A stretch of 64,000 bases of DNA, taken from positions 48,360,001 to 48,424,000 of the forward strand of contig OX597831.1 in NCBI GenBank assembly GCA_951406725.2. Reading direction: 5' to 3'. Under the pieces are notes generated by a model. That model searched no databases. It saw only the letters and a list, made by a program, of their open reading frames with translations, and was not told the origin of the DNA. The translations under genes and the position numbers were made by a program. Positions within the stretch are counted from its first letter, which is position 1, and each line of letters opens with the position of its first letter. This stretch comes from Octopus vulgaris (lineage: Eukaryota). Shown here piece after piece: positions 51,990 through 64,000 of this stretch.

Positions 51990-52153
51990 CTGTATTTTAA
52001 AATGTATAAGGAACCCTCTAATTTCTGGGGCTTAAAATTTGGAAAAAAGGTTTTGTAAAGGATTATAAAAGTATCATTGTATAAGAAACTCCTATATTTT
52101 TTAACCTAATTTTTGACAAACAAAAAGGGTTTCTTACATATGTTAAAATACGG
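51990..52153. mobile_element. pogo/Tigger-like MITE inserted in a SINE (TA) tract
   Basis: TIRs ta|ctgtattttaaaatgtataag ... cttacatatgttaaaatacgg|ta. Confidence 0.7.
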
Positions 52154-52339
52154 TATATGTATATTCTTTTACTTGTTTCAGTCATATGACTGCAGTCATG
52201 CTGGGGCACCACCTCTTGTTGAATAAATCAACTTATTCTACTGGTCTCTTTTTGCCAAACTGCTAAGTGGCAGGGACATAAACACACCAACATCGTTGTC
52301 AAGCAATGGTGGGGGGATAAACACAGACACAAACAACAA

Positions 52340-52395
<56 letters not shown>

Positions 52396-53509
52396 GTGCA
52401 TATATATGAGAGGCTTCTTTCAGTTTCTGTCTACCAAATCAATTCACAAGGCTCTGGTTGGCACTTGCCCAAGGTGCCTCGCAGTGGGACTGAACACAGT
52501 GGGACTGAACTGGAACCATGTGTTGAGATGCAAGCTTCTTACCACACACTAGGCTTACAAAAAATGGTAAGTCCTGGGGTCGATGTGTTCGACTAAAAGC
52601 TGTGCTCCAGTATGGCCACAGTCAAATGACTGAAACTAGTAAAAGAATAAAAGAATAAAAGAAAGAATACATCATCATCATCATCATCATTATTTAACAA
52701 TCATTTTCCAGTACATATTTGGTTTCTTTCGTTCCTGTATTCCTGAGATATAGTATTTTAGGAGAAATATTATGGAGAGCTACTTGCAGCTCACAAGCCA
52801 CATTTTAGCCACTGCTATCACAGAATAAAACTTCTATACAATATTACCATATAAAAGACTTCTTGCATATAAGTAATACGTCTAATGTATTTAGGAGACA
52901 GGAAATGGAAAGTTATCGTGTTTAAGCATTTCTGATGGCCATTACCAAGGCAAATGATTGAGAAATGATTCCACTGTGGTGCATACCATGTGTCTTCATT
53001 GTTCTAATATCCAATTATCCATATTAGGTTGAACTAGATGCTTTTTTGTTGGTGTTTTTGGTGTTTTCTTATTGTTAAATGAAAGTATTTTTATAACATG
53101 ATGACTTGCTGTGAACTTCTGTATGAATTATATACAAACGTGTGTTTGTGTATGCGAGTCATCATCATCGTCATCACCATCATCATCGTCATCACCCTTA
53201 TCATTGTTATCATCATCATCATCATCATCATCATTATCATTATCATCTGCTTCCCTGTGCTTGCTCGCAACAGACAGATTTTATTGGGGACAGATTTTCT
53301 GGGGCCAGATGCCCTTTCTGTTACCAACTCTCTATTTCTTTTCAAACTAAAATAATATTTCTCCATGGCAAGACGTATTTTCACAAAATAGTGGAAATGA
53401 ATGATGCTGCTTCTATGACAGTGACATTCATTTACAACTGTCATGGGATGTCAAGACAAGGGGACACAAAACACACTCACACACACACACACATATATAC
53501 ACACACATG

Positions 53510-53563
<54 letters not shown>

Positions 53564-53964
53564 CTCATTCACTCTTTTACTTGTTTCAGTCATTTGACTG
53601 TGGCCATGCTGGAGCACCGCCTTTAGTCAAGCAAATCAACCCCAGGACTTATTCTTTGTAAGCCTAGTACTTATTCTATCAGACTCTTTTGCCGAACTGC
53701 TAAGTTACAGGGATGTAAACACACAAACATCGGTTGTCAAGCAAAGTTGGGGGTACAAACACAGACACACAAACATACACACACACACATATATATATAT
53801 ACATATATACGACAGGCTTCTTTCAGTTTCTGTCTACCAAATCCACTCACAAGGCTTTGGTCGGCCCGAGGCTATAGTAGAAGACACTTGCCCAAGGTGC
53901 CATGCAGTGGGACTGAACCAGGAACCATGTGGTTCGTAAACAAGCTACTTACCACACAATCACT

Positions 53965-54001
<37 letters not shown>

Positions 54002-54485
54002 CAAAATGGGACAAGAACGCAAAACTTTCAGACAACTAGGTGATACAAAAAGGGACCACAAGACATCCAGATAGACGATACAAAAAAACAAGGACGGGTC
54101 ATTCGAAGCTTTCTGTCCTCAGTCAAGAACTGGATCATCCTCGCAATTTCGGCTGATTAATCTTGAGATTGCTCCAATCTGGCCAGCCCCAAGGAAACAC
54201 TAAACTAAGAGCATTAGATTCCTTGGAAGAAAGCATCGAATGTATACCAAAACAAGGACGGAAAAACAGACGATGTCACACAAATATAATTACAATATAC
54301 AATGAAATAATAATAATAATAATTATAATAATAACAGGAAATAACAACAGGTGTCTTTCGACCGGGGACGAATTGAATTCAGCTGGCATGTGTGGAAATG
54401 AAGCCTTACGGCAGAGATACATAACTTTCACAAACACAGAGAAGAATATCGATGTGGCAGTGACCACAGTCAGACACAAAAAGGG

Positions 54486-54548
<63 letters not shown>

Positions 54549-55064
54549 ACACACATACATGTATGTGCGTGTATATATAGATATATGGTTGTGATAATCA
54601 ATTTTTGAAACAAACACACACACACACACACACGTGTGTATATATATATATGAAGGTTTTATTTCAGTTTCTGCCTACCAAAGCCACTCACAAGGTTTTA
54701 GGCTGGAGCTATAGTAGGTGACACTTGCTCAAGGTGCCACACAGTGAGACTTGAACCCTGAACCATGTGGTTGGGAAGCAAGCTTCTTACCACACACCCA
54801 CATCTATGACGGTGTTGCAATTATTTTAATGTTCATCCGTTAAAGCATTTCTCCTGTTGCAATCCATTTGAAACATTCCAAAATGTCCAGCAGTTGACAG
54901 CATAACACTAACTCACACTGTTTCTATCATTAACAGCATCTGATGGCATTAGAAATATATTATATACGACAACAGTTTATGGACATAATTTGCTTTGATT
55001 TGCAAAATTATAATAGTAACAACAATAATAATAATAGTAATAAAAATGGTGGTGGTGGTGGTGA

Positions 55065-55098
<34 letters not shown>

Positions 55099-56137
55099 TG
55101 TGGTGGTGGTGGTGGTGGTGGTGGTGGTGGTGGTGGTGGTGGTGATGATGATGATGATGATGATGAGGAGGAGGAGGATAAAGAGACCCCAGGAGAATTT
55201 TGATAACAGGATGTTGTCCACTCTAACAGAGCAAGTGAGATCGAGTGCTTTGAGAAGTAAGACATAACAACAACAACAACAACAACATTAATAATAATAA
55301 TGATAAAGATAAAATTTAAGTAAAAAGTGTGATTTTGAAGTTTATAGCAAATTCCCATTTTCTGATGACTTTTATGGCAAATTCCCCTCTTCCTCCAACC
55401 CTCCCCACTCTTCGTTTCTTTTGTCTCCTCTATGTTGCTTATCAATCTCTCTCTCTTCTTCCCCCCGCTTCTCTTTCTTTCTCTTTCATAATGTTTGCGC
55501 TTGTACATACACACATATTTGATTTAGTGTCTTTTTAGTTATGCACATGCACACACATATCATCATCAGCATCATCATCATCATATATTCTTTTATTCCT
55601 TTATTCTTTTATTCTCTCATTCTTTTACTTGTTTCAGTCATTTGACTGTGACCATGCTGGAGCACCACAGGAGTGACTGTGTGGTATGTAGCTTGCTTAC
55701 CAGCCACATGGTTCCGGGTTCAGTCCTACTGCATGGCATCTTGGACAAGTGTCTTCTACTATAGCCTTGGGCCGACCAAAGCCTTGTGAGTGGTTTTGGC
55801 AGACGGAAACTGAAAGAAGCCCGTCGTATATATGTATATGTATATATGTGTGTGTGTGGTGTGCATCTGTGTTTGTCCCCCCCACCCACAACATCACTTG
55901 ACAACCTATGCTGGTGTGTTTATGTCCCCGTAACTTAGCAGTTCGGCAAAAGAGTCTGATAGAATAAGTACTAGGCTTACAAAGAATAAGTCCTGGGGTA
56001 AAAGAGTAAAAGAGTATATACATGTATATATTCAATTCATTAAAAGATCAGCACGCTGTGGTTTTAGACAAATACTGGCATATAATTTAATTGGGAACTA
56101 AAGAACTATAAAACTTCAAATACACTGCCTCACTCAC

Positions 56138-56233
56138 AGTCAATATAATCCCATCTGCTCAGATAAAACAAACGAACCCTGTAACTCATATTCGTTATAT
56201 TTGCTATGTTAACACTAAAGCACATTAACAATT
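56138..56233 (-). CDS. Candidate 96-nt phase 1-1 exon of an unidentified gene
   Basis: Minus-strand acceptor tttatttttccttttgtgtcattccag and donor GACT|gtgagt. Only one frame is open: LLMCFSVNIANITNMSYRVRLFYLSRWDYID. It lies in non-repeat DNA. Confidence 0.35.
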
Positions 56234-57112
56234 CTGGAATGACACAAAAGGAAAAATAAATAACAAGCAAAGGAAACGATTGTTTCCGAAGAGAGGCAAA
56301 TAGAAGATATTGAGCTAGTATGTGAGTGTGTTTGAACAACTGTGATATTTATATTGTTTCCTACAATTACTCATGTGTTCTCATAACAGATATGTTTACC
56401 CTAATATATATCTCAGAATGTAGTAATGAATTTTAGTTTAGAAGTAATCTAATATTAACTGCGAAAAAGAAAAAAAAGATAAGTTGATCTTTGGTTATTT
56501 TTTTTCATTAAATGGAAACCACTTATTAGTTTAATGATTTTTCTGTGAGTTTAAAAATTTTTTAAGTATTTTCTTTTATTTGATTTTACATATTCATCAT
56601 TTTCCAATTTTGATAAATACTGAGATATAACATTTTTTATTCTCATAATTCTCATTTTTCTTTTTTATGTTTCAAAAAAAAAAAGTAATATCACAAATTC
56701 ATTTTGTTGAAGCAGTTATATTTTATCAGTTGAATACCTTTCCTATCTATGTTATAGCTGCTTATAGAACTATCAGTTAGGAATATTGAATTTATATATT
56801 TATGAAACAGTGTGAGGTAATAACAGCAAAGCAGACCCTGATATATAAGGTGGAATGCAAACTTGTTACCAGTTCAAATATGCTTGAGGCCTATTCAAAC
56901 CTATAAAAAAAACCATTCCCTGTATTTTGTCATGGAGAAAATTTCTCTCTGCAGACAGTAAGTGTAAGCATACTGAATCAGTTTGTAGCGCCCCTTAACC
57001 AGACTACTGGATGCATGTACTTTAGAGTGGTTATCTCCTCTTCAACGGCAGACACATGCATCCAACAGTCTGATTAGGGGGCATGCTGCAAACTGACTTG
57101 GTTTGTTTACAG

Positions 57113-57401
57113 CAGTGGTTCCCAACTTTTCCAGAGTGCCACCCCCTTGACACCTAGGTCACATTCCTAGTGCTTCCACCCACTCACCACCACAAACATT
57201 GACCTCTTTCTGCTGCAAATTCAAAACAAATGTATTTCACAAATAAAATTTTACCTAATTTAACCCATTATTTGGGGTGGTTTTTTTTACATCCATTGCC
57301 CTCTTTTGACCACCCCGTTATCTCCCAACTTTTCTTCAACACTCCCCTGGATCTCTCCACTGCCCCCAAGGGTGCAGTACAGCCCACTTCGAGAACCACA
57401 G
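57113..57401. mobile_element. hAT (Charlie-like) MITE
   Basis: cagtggttcccaa ... tcgagaaccacag termini; near-perfect 8-bp TSD gtttacag / gtttacat. Confidence 0.8.
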
Positions 57402-57661
57402 GTTTACATCATTTCTGTCTACAGCATGAAATTTTCTCCATAACAAAAATTAATGACCAGTGTTCTTATGTTTTTGAATATGACTCAAACATATTTGAAC
57501 TTGTAACACGTCTGTATCAATACACATCACTACTTAGTGCTGGTGCCCTGTATTCTATTTATGATGAGCTGCTGACTAGCATGATCACTCATTGTACGAT
57601 GACAGGAACATCATAAGAGAGACCTCTCCCTCATGTCAGTTTGAAGCATCTGCCTTACTGT

Positions 57662-57705
57662 GTCTGTTGCTGAAGAGGAGATAACCACTCCAAAATGCAT
57701 GCATT
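57662..57705 (+). ncRNA. Decayed minimal type I hammerhead ribozyme
   Basis: gtctgttg CTGAAGA GGAG ataacca CTCC aaaatgcatgcatt. The core is restored to GAAAC-GCATGC-GTC mostly by reversing CpG-type transitions. Confidence 0.5.
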
Positions 57706-58031
57706 CTTTGTCCTGTTAGGGAAGGCTGTGAACTGACTTGGTGATTTTACACCTATCTGTCTACAGTGAAACATTCTTTCCATGACAAAATACAGTGAAT
57801 GGCTTTCTTATGGGTTCCAATATGCCTCCCACATATTTGAACTGGTAACAAAGTTGTATGTATAGACATCACTACTTAGTGCTCTTACTCAGTACTAGGT
57901 GTAGTATTTTGAAAATTATAGTAAACTGAAATTTTACCTTTTAAGGCATAGCCTCCTTTCACAAGTATGTGTGATTCAATAGTTAGTACCATGCATTTGC
58001 TAACTGTTTTAGTTGCCTTTGTAGTCACAAT

Positions 58032-58168
58032 CGCTAGCGTAGCTAGAGGGGGCTAGAGATGGTGGTCTGCTCTGGGTGGCACGTTCATGAGTCTGCTGTA
58101 GACAATATGTACTTTTTGAGGGAGCCTAGGGTTCACCCTGGGCAGTACACACTCTAGCTATGCTAGTG
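58032..58168. mobile_element. Short hAT-like MITE
   Basis: TIRs cgctagcgtagctagag / ctctagctatgctagtg; 7/8 TSD gtcacaat / gtaacaat. Confidence 0.7.
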
Positions 58169-59397
58169 GTAACAATCAGACAGAGACAGACATCTTTCTG
58201 ACATCAGCAGAAAAGAAATGGTGTGAAAGCTGGAAAGACAGGGCTGTGTCAACATTAGGCTGGTATTCATTTATAGTTGAATTCACAGGATCATCTTACT
58301 CAAGGAGATAACATGCTACCTTGTCCAGAGACTGAACCCATAACCTTATGATTGTGAGTCTAGCAACCTTACCAATAGGCCACATTCCTTAATGATAACA
58401 AAAGGTCATCTTAAATATCAAATTCTGATCAAGAAAGTCAGGGAAGACAACAATGGAATTTAAAGTAATAATAATTAAGTAACAGTATTTAATAAGTTTG
58501 ATCTTTGGTTGTAAAGAAACAACTGTGTACATATATCAAACCTTATTTAACCTTGTCAATAAAAAAGAATCATATATGTTTTCACATCGGAGATAGGATG
58601 TCTGAGAAACACATTTACCGCCATTTAGTTATTGGTTGCTTTCTTATAATTTTTTTTAATCAGGAGTATTGATTCAGCTTCTATCTTGCATCTATTTATT
58701 TATTTTTATTTAATGTCTTGCCTATTTTGTAAAAGGGTCATATTTTATGAGCAAAAATATAGTGCAAGATGAAGTAAATCAAAAAGAATAAAAAAAGACA
58801 AATTTGTTTTGCTGCAAATAAAAACTTTTTCACAATTGGATTTACAAATAAATTTTTATTTTCAAACTTGTTCATGTTGATATGGTCATAGTTTGAATGA
58901 CAGTGGAATTTGATAATCACAAGAGTCATATATAACTGGTATAAACATCATTGATTTTTTTTTTAATATCTTTGCCATGATCCCCCAGAGCAATGTATAT
59001 CTACTTGCTATCAATATGAGAGTAGGTTAATATCTTGGAAATCTATAGCAGTTTCACACGTTATAAGGACTTAAACTCATATTTCTGTTAGCTTCATTCT
59101 CTCACCTTCTCTCTCTCTCTCTCTCACTCTCTATCTCTATCTCTCTCTCTTGTTCTCACTCTCTCTCTCCCACACACATACACACTTTTTCTCCTTCTCA
59201 TATCGTTTATTTATGTCTGTGCATTGCCATATATATTTGAAACATAACTGATATCAATAAACAATAGTTTCTTCAGCTTATCTTATCTTCACTCTAAAAA
59301 AATGTCTTTTTCATAATACAGTTCTATATTTAAGAGATGAGGAATTATGTACATTATTTACATTTGATGGATATTTGTCCTCATCTTGTTTGTTGTT

Positions 59398-59443
59398 AAC
59401 ACAACGTTTCAGTTGATATACCCTCCCGTCTTCATCAGGTGTC
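59398..59443 (-). ncRNA. Minimal type I hammerhead ribozyme motif (Penelope-associated type) with weakened stem II
   Basis: Minus strand: gacac CTGATGA agacgggagggtatatcaact GAAAC GTT gtgtt. Stem I is gacac/gtgtt and stem III is palindromic (ACGT). Confidence 0.55.
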
Positions 59444-59513
59444 TTGGGGAAATTTTGAACCTGGGTTCTTATTCCTAAGGCATTTTTCGATGTTATTATT
59501 ATCATTATCATTG

Positions 59514-59577
<64 letters not shown>

Positions 59578-59943
59578 CATTATTGAGTGAGAGAGTAGTG
59601 CATGCCATCAAAGTGACTCTGGGGTAAAATCTTACTGGTTCATCAGAAGGAGTCCATATTTATAAACGCCAGACCTAAAATAAGTATTCTTGTCAATTTA
59701 AGTGATTGAATTCATCTCGGTTGTACCTCAACATGGCTGTAGTCCAATGACTGAAACAAGTAAAAGGATAAAAGAAAAAGAAAATATTAACCAGTAATTC
59801 AGACTGTGATATTGTATTATTCTTTTTTAAGCAAGTTGTCTGGAGATTTCCTGCCAGCACTCTCTACTCAGTCCATACGAAACTAATCTCCACAATTCTT
59901 CTTGACCTTTATCACAGAAAATAACTAATGTAGCTGTACAAAT

Positions 59944-59976
<33 letters not shown>

Positions 59977-60301
59977 GAGGATAAATAAATAAGTAAAAAT
60001 AATAAACAAAAACACCTCACAAACAAAAGTAGAATAAATAAAAACCACAAAGTAATAATGTAAAACATCAAGATATCTGTAAAATTAATTGCTTCTGTGG
60101 AACGAAACACAGTGTGAAGTAGACTAAATGCCAATAATAAATCTTGAGGAATCTAAATTTCCATCTATTAACGGAATCTACATGTGTTTGAAGTTCTGGA
60201 TCTTAGAGTGAACAGGCCAACAATAAAAAAATGGAATAGTCATAATCAAAAGAGATGCTGATCACATGCTTCACTCAATTAGCTACCTCTGTGCTATAGA
60301 C

Positions 60302-60347
<46 letters not shown>

Positions 60348-63279
60348 GTTAGGTCTGTATGTAGGAATTGTGTCCATTGCCTTCAGAGGAACAACAGGGC
60401 TAAGCTCTGCTATACAACAACAATTCAATGGAGAAATAATATTGGTTTACTGTGATAAAAGAAATGTTGAAGACTACAGAACCCTTCATCTGCAGCCAAT
60501 TGCTAGTTTCTTTGGGTGCCTTTTTATTTGTCTATTTTTCTTTTTTTTTTCTTTTTATTTTTAGTTCCTTTGGATCTCGTTTTCTTTACACAACAACAGT
60601 TTAATGGCTGAACCATTCTCTTTGAAATTACAGTTAACCATCAGAAAAATGGAGAAAGGGGAGAGGGGAAAAGGGAAAGGAGGAAAAGGGAAAAAGGTGC
60701 ATTACATAATGTTATCTGGGAAACACAATATCTGGTAAAAAAAGCAAAACAAGATGGGATGGTCACAAATGGAATGCCTTTAACTCTAGGTTTCCTCAAT
60801 CACACTACTTTCAGGTGAAATGAAAACAACTGGAGCAGTGAATATGTATTTGGTTCCTGAAAAAGGGTCATGGATACCCCTAAATTAAATAAAGTATAAT
60901 GTACACAATATATTCTTTTATTGTTTTATTAGTTTCAGACATTTGACTGCAGCCATGCTGGAGCACAACCTTTGGTTGAGTAAATCGACCCCAGGGCTTA
61001 TTTGTAAGCCTAGTACTTATTCTATCGGTCTCTTTTTGCCAAAATGCTAAGTTATGAGGATGTGAACACACCAACATTGGTTGCCAAGCAATGGTGGGGG
61101 GACAAACACAGACACACAAACATACAGACACACACACACATATATATGACAGACTTCTTTCAGTTTCTGTCTACCAAATCCACTCACAAGGCTTTGGTTG
61201 GTCAGAGGCTATAGTAGAAGACACTTGCCCAAGGTGCCACATAGTGGGACTGAACCCAGAACCATGTGGTTCGTAAGCAAGGTTCTTACCACACAGCCAC
61301 TCCTGTGCCTATAATGGATAATATAGAAATCAGACTGTCACAATATATATTCCACACTACCGAACACCTTCAAATTGTGTATTTGTCATGAGTCCAGTAC
61401 AGTGTGAGGTTTAAGAGGACATGGTGAACTGGGTCTATACACATCAAACAATCAAAACCAAAGCATTGAGTGGCTGTTGGAGCACAAAATATACTCATAA
61501 TCCATCCTCACCGTTTCCGGTCATCAACCAATCTCATGTTTTGCTCCCATCTTCCTTACTGTCCATTTCTTGGTGTTGCTCCATATTCAGCTTGTGAACC
61601 CCTATACCTCTTTTAATGGGGTTTTACTCATACATACCTATATTTACAAGAGACAGGTACTCATGTTTTGCTGTGTCTAGGGAGAGTCATTATACCAACA
61701 TTGGTGAGCTGGCAGAAACGTCAGCATGCCTGGCAAAACGCTTAGCAGTATTTCGTCTGTCTTTACGTTCTGAGTTCAAATTCCGCTGAGGTCGACTTTG
61801 CCTGTTATCCTTTCAGGGTCGATAAATGAAGTACCAGTTGCGTACTGGGATCAATCTAATCGACTGCCCACCCAACCCCCAAATTTCAGGCTTTGTGCTT
61901 AGAGTAGAAAAGATTATTAACACATGCACTGGTTCAATTCCACTCCTTTATTATTAGTCAATTGGTTAAATATTCAACTAACTAATCGACTGTTTGTTTA
62001 ACTTAGTTAAACGGCAAGTCATTTGTTTAGCTTTTACTTTGTTTTATTTTTTTGTGAAAGCCCTCTCATTGCTAATTGCAACCTTTTCAATTACTTTTGT
62101 CTTAGTTCATTCATGTTGTTTTGTGTTACATGACGACTGGCTCCTGTGCCGGTGGCACATAAAAAGACCATCCGAACGTTGCCGCTGGCATGTTAAAAGG
62201 TCCAACCGATTGTGACCGATGCCAGACCCCCCCTGGTACCTGTGCAGGTGGCATGTAAAAAGCACCCACTACACTCGCGGAGTGGTTGGCGTTAGGAAGG
62301 GCATCCAGCCGTAGAAACTCTGCCAGATCAGACTGGAGCCTGGAGCAGCCCCTGGCTTCCCAGACTCCGGTTGAACCGTCCAACCCATGATAGCACGGAA
62401 AACGGACGTTAAACGATGATGATGATGATGATGATGACCCAGCCATTTCATCTCCATCTTTTAGCAATTAATGAAAAGAATCGCCCTAAAAATTTATTTC
62501 CCTAACATTCTTGTCAGTTTCATATCTTCTATGCAGAAGGCTAAGACTTTCTATAGCATCATATCATTTTAAAGATCAATACTTTTTCTTATTCTCATCC
62601 TCTAATATCTATAATTCACGCGTATTGAGCGTAGTTGAAATTACCATTGCTCTTAAAATAAACATTTTTCTTGTTATCTTTACCTTTTTATTGTTTCAGT
62701 CATTTGACTGCAGCCATGCTGGAGCACTGCCTTGAAGGGTTTCAGTTAAAGAAATCGACCCCAAGTCTTATTTTTTAAAGCCTAGTACTTATTCTATTGG
62801 TCTCTTTGCTGAACTGTTAAGTTACAGGGACATAAACACACCAACACCAGTTGCCAAGTGGTGGTGGGGGGACAAACACAGACACAAAGACTCATACACA
62901 CACTCACATATATGACGGGCTTCTTTCAGTTTCTGTCTACCAAATCCTCTCACAAGGATTTGGTTGGCCCAAGGTGCCATGCAGTGGGACTGAACCTAGA
63001 ACCATGTGACTAAGAAGCAGGCTTCTTACCACACAGCCACATCTGTGCCTGTTATTGTTATAGTCATTTTGCTTTTTTTTTTTCAAATAGATCCTAACAT
63101 TACTGAAGCACCACAACCCAGCATTAAATCTTTCTCTTTGATCTCACATCTTCCATTATTATTCTTCCTAAATACTTAAATCCATCAATTTGTTTGATTT
63201 CTTTGCTATTTCACTTGGACAGACACTTTTCTTTTTCTTTACTAATTATCATTATTTCACTTCTTGCCTTTTTTTTTAT

Positions 63280-63700
63280 ATTTTCAACACATATTTTCAC
63301 TCCTTATCTTCTTGCTGTATCAAGACACGTTAGATCTATAACTTCTTCATCATTTTGTCCTGATGAGTCAATATTATTGGCAGTATGGAAATTGCTGACT
63401 TTTCAACATCTTGCTTGAGCATTTCCTTCAAAAGATTCAAGGGCGTTTGTCATTATGCATTAGAAAAAAATCACTGAAAAATCATGGCAAAAGATTGCAT
63501 CCTTGAGTGATACTAACTGTTGTTTTAAACCATTTACTTGGTGAATTTCCAACTTCAAACCAGATTTCATGCATGTTTGTAGAATGACTTTGTAGTATTT
63601 AGTATCGGTAAGTTTGTACTACATTTTTTCATAATATGCTCAAGTGCCCATGCTACAAACGTAGTCAAACATTTTTCAACTCTATAAAAGTTGAAATAAA
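63280..63700 (-). mobile_element. Highly decayed LINE reverse-transcriptase fragment (RTE-like)
   Basis: VGNSPSKWFKTTVSITQGCNLLP resembles FxTTVGVRQGCxLSP; VSNFHTANNIDSSGQNDEEVIDL resembles ISNLRFADDIDLLAxxEEELxxL. Confidence 0.6.
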
Positions 63701-64000
63701 GAACAGTTTGGGCTGTGGTTCCGGGTATTTTTCTGCTACAATATTGGTTTCAAATTTTGGCACAAGGCCAGCAGTTTCGTGAGGAGGGAGCTAAGTTGAT
63801 GAAATCAACCCCAGTGCTCAGCTTGTGCTTATTTTATTGACCCAGAAGGGATGCAAGACAAAGTTGATCACAATGGAATTTGAACTCAGAACGTAAAGAC
63901 AAATGAAATGCCGCTAAGAACTTCGCCTTATTTTTCTGCTGTAATATTGTTATAAATCTGTTCAACATCATTTCTCCCTCTTGGGAACTGGTCTGTGTCT

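Larger units (their letters stand above)
56856..57880. mobile_element. Foldback (inverted + tandem) repeat unit resembling Penelope-like pseudo-LTRs with decayed hammerhead motifs
   Basis: 56856-57056 is the reverse complement of 57660-57855, and partly of 57055-57530 once the MITE is removed. 57410-57540 is repeated at 57755-57880. Confidence 0.6.

Noticed and set aside
54130-54195. Minus-strand ggctg...cagccGAAA stem resembling a hammerhead stem II
   Set aside because: There is no CUGANGA core upstream; treated as an unclassified repeat.
60370-60564. 64-aa ORF in unique DNA
   Set aside because: Weak acceptor, no donor, runs into a T-rich tract, and no recognisable homology.
63350-63400. 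CTGATGA + stem gtcaat/attggc + GAAA hammerhead-like string
   Set aside because: GAAA lies 6 nt away from the stem, stems I and III do not form, and it lies antisense within the decayed RT fragment.

Overview
This 64 kb window is AT-rich eukaryotic intronic or intergenic DNA, saturated with microsatellites and interspersed repeats. The SINE families and microsatellite load strongly resemble an Octopus (coleoid cephalopod) genome; this is an inference. Nearly all ORFs in the track are translations of microsatellites or SINEs. The recognisable protein-coding sequence is all transposon-derived: a 5'-truncated R4/Dong-clade RLE retrotransposon sitting in a (TAA)n tract, plus RTE, CR1 and HERO-like LINE remnants and several Tc1/mariner fossils. 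Non-coding mobile elements include hAT, piggyBac and pogo MITEs, a Helitron, and four tRNA-derived SINE families. No host gene can be named. Four things stand out: (1) a duplicated, strong branch point/polypyrimidine/CAG|GTAAG splice module with a 30-nt micro-exon at 20801 and 46759, one copy captured inside a TSD-flanked composite SINE insertion; (2) Penelope-type foldback DNA carrying decayed minimal hammerhead ribozymes; (3) several long inverted repeats that could form dsRNA; (4) a candidate 96-nt minus-strand exon.
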